Assembly: GCA_002269645.1 (NCBI GenBank)
Contig: NIVC01000521.1
Location: 62,001 to 126,000, forward strand
DNA: 64,000 nucleotides
Source of the DNA: Macrostomum lignano
Lineage: Eukaryota
Reading direction: 5' to 3'
The notes below the pieces were generated by a model. It did not search any database, was not told the origin of the DNA, and saw only the letters and a list, made by a program, of their open reading frames with translations. The position numbers were made by a program, and so were the translations under genes. Positions 56,040 through 64,000 of this stretch are shown in pieces; position 1 is the stretch's first letter, and each line of letters starts with the position of its first letter.

Positions 56040-57045
56040 GTGGGAGAGGGGGGTAGGAGGGAGAAGAGAGGGTGAGAGAAGAGGGGGAGAAGAGAGGGGG
56101 GAGAAGAGAGGGGAGAGAAGAGAGGGGGAGAAGAGAGGGGAGAGAAGAGAGGGGGAGAGAAGAGAGTAGGGGAGAAGAGAGTAAGGGAGAAGAGAGTAGG
56201 GGAGAGAAGAGAGGGGGAGAGAAGAGAGTAGGGGAGAGAAGAGAGGGGGAGAGAAGAGAGTAGGGGAGAGAAGAGAGGGGGAGAGAAGAGAGTAGGGGAG
56301 AAGAGAGTAGGGGAGAGAAGAGAGGGGGAGAGAAGAGGGTAGGGGAGAGAAGAGAGGGGGAGAGAAGAGAGTAGGGAGAGAAGAGAGGGGGAGAGAAGAG
56401 AGTAGGGGAGAGAAGAGAGGGGAGAGAAGAGAGTAGGGGAGAAGAGAGTAGGGGAGAGAAGAGAGGGGGAGAGAAGAGGGTAGGGGAGAGAAGAGAGGGG
56501 GAGAGAAGAGGGTAGGGGAGAGAAGAGAGTTTGGCAGAAGAAAGGGGGAGAGAAGAGAGTTTGGCAGAAGAAAGGGGGAGAGAAGAGAGTTGGGCAGAAG
56601 AAAGGGGGAGAGAAGAGAGTTTGGCAGAAGAAAGGGGGAGAGAAGAGAGTTGGGCAGAAGAAAGGGGGAGAGAAGAGAGTTTGGCAGAAGAAAGGGGGAG
56701 AGAAGAGAGTTGGGCAGAAGAAAGGGGAGAGAAGAGAGTTTGGCAGAAGAAAGGGGGAGAGAAGAGAGTTGGGCAGAAGAAAGGGGGAGAGAAGAGAGTT
56801 TGGCAGAAGAAAGGGGGAGAGAAGAGAGTTGGGCAGAAGAAAGGGGAGAGAAGAGAGTTTGGCAGAAGAAAGGGGGAGAGAAGAGAGTTGGGCAGAAGAA
56901 AGGGGGAGAGAAGAGAGTTGGGCAGAAGAAAGGGGGAGAGAAGAGAGTTTGGCAGAAGAAAGGGGGAGAGAAGAGAGTTTGGCAGAAGAAAGGGGGAGAG
57001 AAGAGAGTTGGGCAGAAGAAAGGGGGAGAGAAGAGAGTTGGGCAG
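56040..57045. repeat. GA-rich compound minisatellite (two sub-domains; the second is GAGAAGAGAGTT[T/G]GGCAGAAGAAAGGGGGA, ~30 bp)
   Basis: Direct reading. Confidence 0.95.
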
Positions 57046-57474
57046 CAATGTCCCTGACCGAGATCGGTGACGCGGCCAGCTTGCAAGCCAATTAGCTCAA
57101 TGAGCTCCGGCCTCCAGCCTCAGCAGTTGGGCCCCTTAAATTGTATCTTTCAAGCTCGACCGCCTCGAATCTTCTGCCCATCCAGAGCTGAGCCCCTCCA
57201 GAGCGGCACTGTGGCTCAGTGGACCGTAAACACGCCCCCCCAAAGCCTTCGATCCATAAATAAGAGAATTTTATGCGAGCCGAAACCTTTCAAGTCTGGA
57301 TTTAATTTCTTCTCATCGTCAAAAAACTGTTTCTAGCGAGTATAGCGGCTCATTTATGCGTTAAGTTTTTTGAGTGCGTCCCGGATCCCGTACTTAAGAC
57401 AGGGTCAGAGCTGAACTGACCGGTATAAGGAGAGTGGAGTCACGAAGTTGAAGGGCAGCCGACTGAACTGTGCC

Positions 57475-58346
57475 AGACAGGATAACAGGGGATAACATAG
57501 TGAGACAGGAGATAACAGGATGAGACAGGGGATAACACTATGAGACAGGGGATAACAGGGGATAGCAGAGTGAGGCTGGGGATAACAGAATGAGACAGGG
57601 GATAACAGGGTTGAGACAGGGGATAACAGGGTTGAGACAGAGGATAACTGGGTTGAGACAGGGGATAACAGGGTTGAGACAGGGGATAACTGGGTTGAGA
57701 CAGGGGATAACACTATGAGACAGGGGATAACAGGGTGAGACAGGGGATAACACTATGAGACAGGGGATAACAGTATTGAGACAGGGGATAACAGGGTTGA
57801 GACACGGGATAACAGTGTTGAGACAGGAGATAACTGGGTTGAGACAGGGGATAACACTATGAGACAGGGGATAACAGCATTGAGACAGGGGATAACAGTG
57901 TTGAGACAGGGGATAACAGGGTTGAGACACGGGATAACAGGGTTGAGACAAGGGATAACAGGGTTGAGACAGGGGATAACAGGGTTGAGACAGGGGATAA
58001 CTGGGTTGAGACAGGGGATAACTGGGTTGAGACAGGGGATAACACTATGAGACAGGGGATAACAGTATTGAGACAGGGGATAACAGTGTTGAGACAGGGG
58101 ATAACAGGGTTGAGACACGGGATAACAGGGTTGAGACAGGGGATAACTGGGTTGAGACAGGGGATAACAGGGTTGAGACAGGGGATAACAGGGTTGAGAC
58201 AGGGGATAACAGGGTTGAGACAGGGGATAACAGGGTTGAGACAGGGGATAACAGGGTTGAGACAGGGGATAACAGGGTTGAGACAGGGGATAACAGGGTT
58301 GAGACAGGGGATAACAGGGTTGAGACAGGGGATAACAGGGTTGAGA
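57475..58346. repeat. 21-bp minisatellite (GAGACAGGGGATAACAGGGTT)n
   Basis: About 40 copies with variants. Confidence 0.95.
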
Positions 58347-58549
58347 CCATTCAGCCAATTTCGGACACCTGGCCTAGACAGGTACAGTTGGGACTCGCTA
58401 AAAATCGATAAAAATTGAGTAGCTGGGGTTTGGCGCAGCTTTATGAGAGTTCAGCAGCCCCAGATGCGATGGAAAATTTGTGAACACATGGCTTGCGTCC
58501 TGTCTTCATCAGCTTGGCCACAGCTTCCCCCCCCCCCCTAGCTTCGAGC

Positions 58550-58697
58550 TCTCGCAGTGCCTCTCGCCACTCGATCCTGACTCATCGACCACTCTGCAGA
58601 GACATAGATCTTCCAAAAACCCACTGCCAAGTCGCGATTCCTTCATTAATTATTGAACCGATGGCCTCAATGATGGGCTACTCAGGCAGAGAAATAG

Positions 58698-58749
<52 letters not shown>

Positions 58750-59480
58750 CTCCCTGAGCTCATCTGACTTCTGGACACCAAGCTCAGGGCTTCCATCATC
58801 AGGGAATCGTTGAGATTCTCAGTCCCATAGCTATTGTCTGTATCCAAGAGACATCGGTTGGCATAAGCCTGCGTATTCTGGGGCTTCCAGGCTGGCATCC
58901 CAGCTGGCCAATCCCGGAGCTTGGCCTTGTCTCTATATTTATTGCCAACCCCCATCTCCGCTGGGATTTGATCCCCTCACTGGCTTTATGCATGTGTGTA
59001 GGTATATACATCAAGAGAAGCTGTTTCTGGGAGAGCTCTAAAAACGAAAGAGAAAAATTGCGCAATCCTGCAAGTTGCACAACTCGTGGCGAAGCGATTG
59101 GAGATCAATACAGACAGTAAGCGAACTTCTCTGTTGATGCGCTGACGCTCGGGGTGGGGATCTGCAAGGGAGTGCTTGGGGAGGACTGATGGGGCCTACA
59201 GATCGCTTCGATGAGCCTTGGCCGGCGCGGCGATGCAGTGCTTGACAGCATCGTCTTCAACCTGCTGATCGTGCAAGTCCGTCAACAGTTTAGTCTTAGC
59301 GTTCTGCAGCAGGACTGTCTTGACCACAGACCACAAACTGCTTAACAAAAATCTCAGTCACGATGTCGCCGGGCACCTTCAGTACGACTGCCTTCCGCGC
59401 GTTGACCACAGACTCGAAACTGTCCAGCTGTCCTGGGGTCCTAGGGTGCTTTTGACAGCTGAAGACGGAAGACCTTGTCC
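58550..59480 (-). mobile_element. Possible decayed non-LTR retrotransposon (endonuclease-RT linker to RT start), interrupted by (GA)n
   Basis: Collinear minus-strand fragments LWSVVKTVLLQNAK, ERQRINREVR, DSLMMEALSLVS and IIEAIGSIINEGIATWQW resemble RTE-type ORF2 linker motifs; heavily frameshifted. Confidence 0.3.
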
Positions 59481-59779
59481 TGCCTTTTAAAGTGCACAAT
59501 ACTGGGATACTCGAAATTTTCTAAATGGAAATTTAATTAATTCCATCATCAGAAACTGCGGATTAGCTAACTTAAGCTCGCTGCACAGCCAGTCTTCGAC
59601 TCGCCTTTTGCTTAGTCCTTGTCGATTAATAGGTCTCTGTTTAAGGCAGTGTGGCCGGCTTGCTTCTGTAATAAAACCGCTGGTGCGTCTCATTATAGCT
59701 GATAAAGGCATCACTTCCTCATCAGCTTGGTCATCAGCTGCTGACTAATCAGCTGTGCAGTGCGTGCAGGCTTCTCGGC

Positions 59780-60482
<703 letters not shown>

Positions 60483-61624
60483 TGTTTTCACGGAAGTTCA
60501 AAACCCGCTTGAAAATCTACTTCCGTTGCCTGCTCCTTTCTCTCTAATTACTAGGGACCCCAGCCTCAGCCAGCTCTTTGGTATACCTGAGCACCTTGCA
60601 GCGCCGCTTCCTTCATATTCGAACAGCCATCAGCTGAGGAGAAGCGAGAAATATCCCTCCTGTCTTCCCCCTTCTTTCTCTCCATCTCCCGCTTTTGCGC
60701 ACCCACCTTCTCGGGCTCTTGAGAATTTCTCTGTTCTTCCGCCAATTCTCAATTCTGCGCCGTCCCACCCCCCCCCACCCGCGCCACTCGGATTTCATGC
60801 GAGCGAGGTGGGTCTGCAGCTGCCTGGGGCACAGAGAGGTTATAGAAGTGTGCGAGGGGCAGAGCTAGGAGCAGAGCATTGAATGTGTAGTTTTCCTTCA
60901 AAGCTTTCACCAGCCAGCCTGAGCTGGAAGGATGATGGTTCAACGATGTTGGCAGGAAGCTGCTGCAGACCGGCTTCCCTCTTGAGTGCTCACACTCGCG
61001 CAGCAGCAGCAGCAGCAGTCTCTCTCAGTCTCCATCTTTCGTATTCTGCTGACGCTCTCCGGGTCTGGCAAAATCTGAATGCCAAGGAGTTTTGCTCGCA
61101 TTTTCATATCGCTCCGCAGCTCCCAACTGCCGAAAAAATGGCTGCAGACAGGGGGGGATCAGCTAGGATTAGGGAGGTGGGTGAGGGGTAGATGAAGGAT
61201 AAAAATTAAACGAAGGAATCCCCACGCAGGCCATGCACCCCCCACCAGCTTCTCCTCTGTGACGAAACTGAGGATTTTTGCCATGCCGCCAGTTTTAGTG
61301 TCCCAGATCTTCGGCTGTTCGTTAATTCTGTTCGGGGATATCGGATAAATTTTATGCCTCTAGCTGTTTGTGTGTTGGTGTGTGTGCTGTGTGTGTTTAT
61401 TCCTAACTGGGTGCTGGATGCGTTCCTCCTAGCCTCCCTGTGGCACATATGCCCAGGGCCACAGCCGTGAAATTGTCAACCGGGAGAAGAACAGCACATT
61501 TAAATTGGCGCCAATTCAAGCGGAAGCTGGCTGGCTGGCGGAGAAGCTATGATCAGGTGCGCTGCTCGAGAGAGGAGGGTACCGTTTTGACTCCTCGTCA
61601 GGATGGGGTTTCTTGGGCTTGGGG

Positions 61625-62030
61625 AATTCTCCATTGACTGTCAGGATGCAGGGGGTCTCTTTAGCTTGGGGAATTCCGCATTGACTGTCAGGATGCAGGG
61701 GGTTTCTTTAGCTTGGGGAATTCCGCATTGACTGTCAGGATGCAGGGGGTTTCTTTAGCTTGGGGAATTCCGCATTGACTGTCAGGGTCCAGGGGGTCTC
61801 TTTAGCTTGGGGAATTCCGCATTGACTGTCAGGGTGCAGGGGGGTTCTAGGCTTGGGGAATTCCTCATTGACTGTCAGAGTGCCGGGGATTTCTTAGGCT
61901 TGGGGAATTCCTCATTGACTGTCAGGATGCCGGGGATTTCTTTGGCTTGGGGAATTCCTCATTGACTGTCCGGATGCAGGGGGGTTCTTAGGTTTGGGGA
62001 ATTCCTCATTGACTGTCAGGATGCAGGGAA
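61625..62030. repeat. 47-bp tandem repeat, ~8-9 copies
   Basis: CATTGACTGTCAGG...CTTGGGGAATTC at 61632, 61679 and onward. Confidence 0.9.
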
Positions 62031-62239
62031 TGGAATATTCATGAATAGGGAATTCCTCATTACTATATAACGTTACTCTTCCAGAAACTGGGATTTTTAC
62101 AGACTAAGCAGGCAGCTACACAGGTAGCTAAAGATGCTGAGGGGCATGCAGCCTCCTGCTTGTTCCACGCAGCAAGAAGAGCAACCCTCCTGAGACCCCT
62201 TCTCTGGCTAGCCAGTTTTTTCTTTAATTTCCTTTTCTC

Positions 62240-63620
62240 TTGTTTTCTGCTATCGAAAAACGCCTCCCCCGCTCCCGGCGCACCCAGCCCTGGCCCAGGT
62301 GGCCCTCGAGAGCAGGATTAATCTTCATCTTGGAGGCTGAGCTATTACAGATAGATGGATTGGGCGATGGGGAGAGTCGAAGAGATAGCGAGTTGGGAAG
62401 CAAATTCCGCTCATTTTTCTTATCTCAGGCCAAGTCAAAGACAGGAGTCTGGTCTCCCTCATCGCACTGGACTCATTAACTCTTTCCTGCACTGTCAAAT
62501 GCCTTCCAGCCCTGTCACCGGCATGATTTGTCGAGTCCGGCCGGAGCCTCCGGGAAGAGAAGGGGAGAAGTCGCATTGATCTTCTCTGTCATTTTCTTAC
62601 GAGCTGTGCCCGAACCCCATCACCCAGGAGTCTTAGGCGGGCCATTTGGAAGCAGCTGCGATAGACAATTTCCTAATGCCCACCTCATCCGCAATGGGCT
62701 ATGCCTGGGCATCCGGTGCGTCCGTCTCTTCTGTCTGAGTGTGGCCTCAACTACCTACAGCTCTCGTATCAGCGCCTCCTTGGCCCCCCGCCCCCCACTC
62801 TCCGCTGCTCTTCATGCCACTGCCGCTGTCAACGACCCGAGCTCCACACTCTTGGCGAGCTTTCATTGGGGAGGGGGGCTCATTGGCATCGACGGAGGCC
62901 ACTCAAGCAGCAGCTAGGGCTCACACTCACCCTGCTGCTCAATATGCGAGTACTATAGACGGAGGCCAGAGTGTTGTGCGTGCGAGAGTCAACTCAATTC
63001 GCTTCTCTTCAATCCTTCAGCTCGCGTCACTCAGCACTTCATGTTCGACTCTTGAGAGGATCAGATTCGCTCTTCTGTTCTCTTAGTTTCTCTCCCTCTC
63101 TCGCTCTCTTCTCGAGCATTTCATGCGCAGTCAGTCTCTCTTTTCAGTTCTTCGCTTCCAATCTCGGGCAAAAGTTTCCGAGCTCTAGCTGGCTTTGCTT
63201 TACTTCAGCTTCCATTAGTTGCTAACCCGTAGGCTTAGAGTTAGAGTCAGGGTTAGGAATAGTTTCAAGTCTCCCAAGGCGACACAGCCAGGTGATATTC
63301 TCCAGAGCATTCCAGACATCCCGGATGTTGCCAGTCTCTGCCAAGGTCTCATCTGGAACACGCCTTCTTTCGTTTATTCTGAACGCGCTGAAACCTTGAG
63401 AGACTTTTCTTACAGTTTCTTGCAGAGCGTCTCCCCGGGTGAGCTGTCAGTTTGCACGGATACGGCTGCACAGAAGTTTTACGCGGACGGGGTGGGGGGG
63501 GCAGCTCAACCTGCATCCTTCTTCACACTGAGTCAGCCGTGTCCCTCGGCTTCCTCCCCACTAACCAGTTTTACAATGGGCGATCCCATGTGGCTGGGGG
63601 ATCTGGCCGGTGAGGGTGGG
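62240..63620 (+). mobile_element. Degenerate RNase H-bearing non-LTR retrotransposon fragment (post-RT region + RNase H start)
   Basis: Frameshifted motifs in the expected order: LGGPFGS, SAMGYAW, SLLSECGLNYLQLSYQRL (~62620-62780), then AETLRDFSYSFLQSVSPGELSVCTD..QK...DGVGGAA (63385-63505), like the '...TDGS...GGAG' start of non-LTR RNase H. Confidence 0.45.
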
Positions 63621-63864
63621 CGGCTGACAGGGGCTGCATGTGGACGCCTTCAGCAGCGGAAGTTGGGAGCTGCGCCAGACAACACCGGAAGAAGATCGAT
63701 CCCTTCTAGCTTGGGCAGAGTGAGCAGGTCTGCTACCGCTGTAGCAGTGGCAGAAGAAGAAACAGAATTTCAGAAAAGAATTGGCGCATGCCATTGATAA
63801 CTTCTTTTGGCTGCAATTTATTAACCGTCTTTTTCAAAGAATAAAGATTACTGATTGTGGAATA

Positions 63865-64000
63865 CAGCTGGAGGTTTGGAGGTTTGCCAGCTGGAGATTC
63901 GGAGGTTTGCCAGCTGGAGGTTCGGAGGTTTGCCAGCTGGAGGTTTGGCAGTTTGCCAGCTGGAGGTTCGGAGGTTTGCCAGCTGGAGGTTCGGAGGTTT
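63865..64000. repeat. 23-bp repeat (GAGGTTCGGAGGTTTGCCAGCTG)n, continues off the window
   Basis: Direct reading. Confidence 0.9.

Overview
Eukaryotic (metazoan) genomic DNA with GT-AG introns and very dense micro/minisatellites. The repeat-filled introns and GC-rich exons resemble a free-living flatworm such as Macrostomum, but that is an inference only. Most long ORFs in the supplied track are artefacts of tandem repeats. Genes reconstructed by hand, left to right: a divergent rhodopsin-like 7TM receptor (minus strand, running off the left edge, absent from the ORF track); a 4-exon p24/TMED GOLD-domain gene; tRNA-Val(CAC); a 6-exon harmonin-N-like + Pro-rich + PDZ gene resembling the C-terminal half of whirlin; an intronless Rdx/SelW/MIEN1-fold gene lacking the CxxC/CxxU motif; a possible tiny convergent spliced gene; and a ~20-exon RasGRF orthologue (24992-45604). 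The RasGRF exon 1/exon 2 junction is out of frame and is bracketed by inverted G-rich minisatellite arms. The right third (46-64 kb) has no confidently identifiable host gene, only a tRNA-headed CORE-SINE, decayed LINE fragments and many satellites. Also present are an internally deleted mariner, hAT/Charlie-like non-autonomous elements carrying an internal minisatellite, and a ~1.2-kb foldback. No CRISPR array, rRNA or prokaryotic system is supported. Repeat coordinates are approximate and all homology calls are from recalled family motifs, not database searches.
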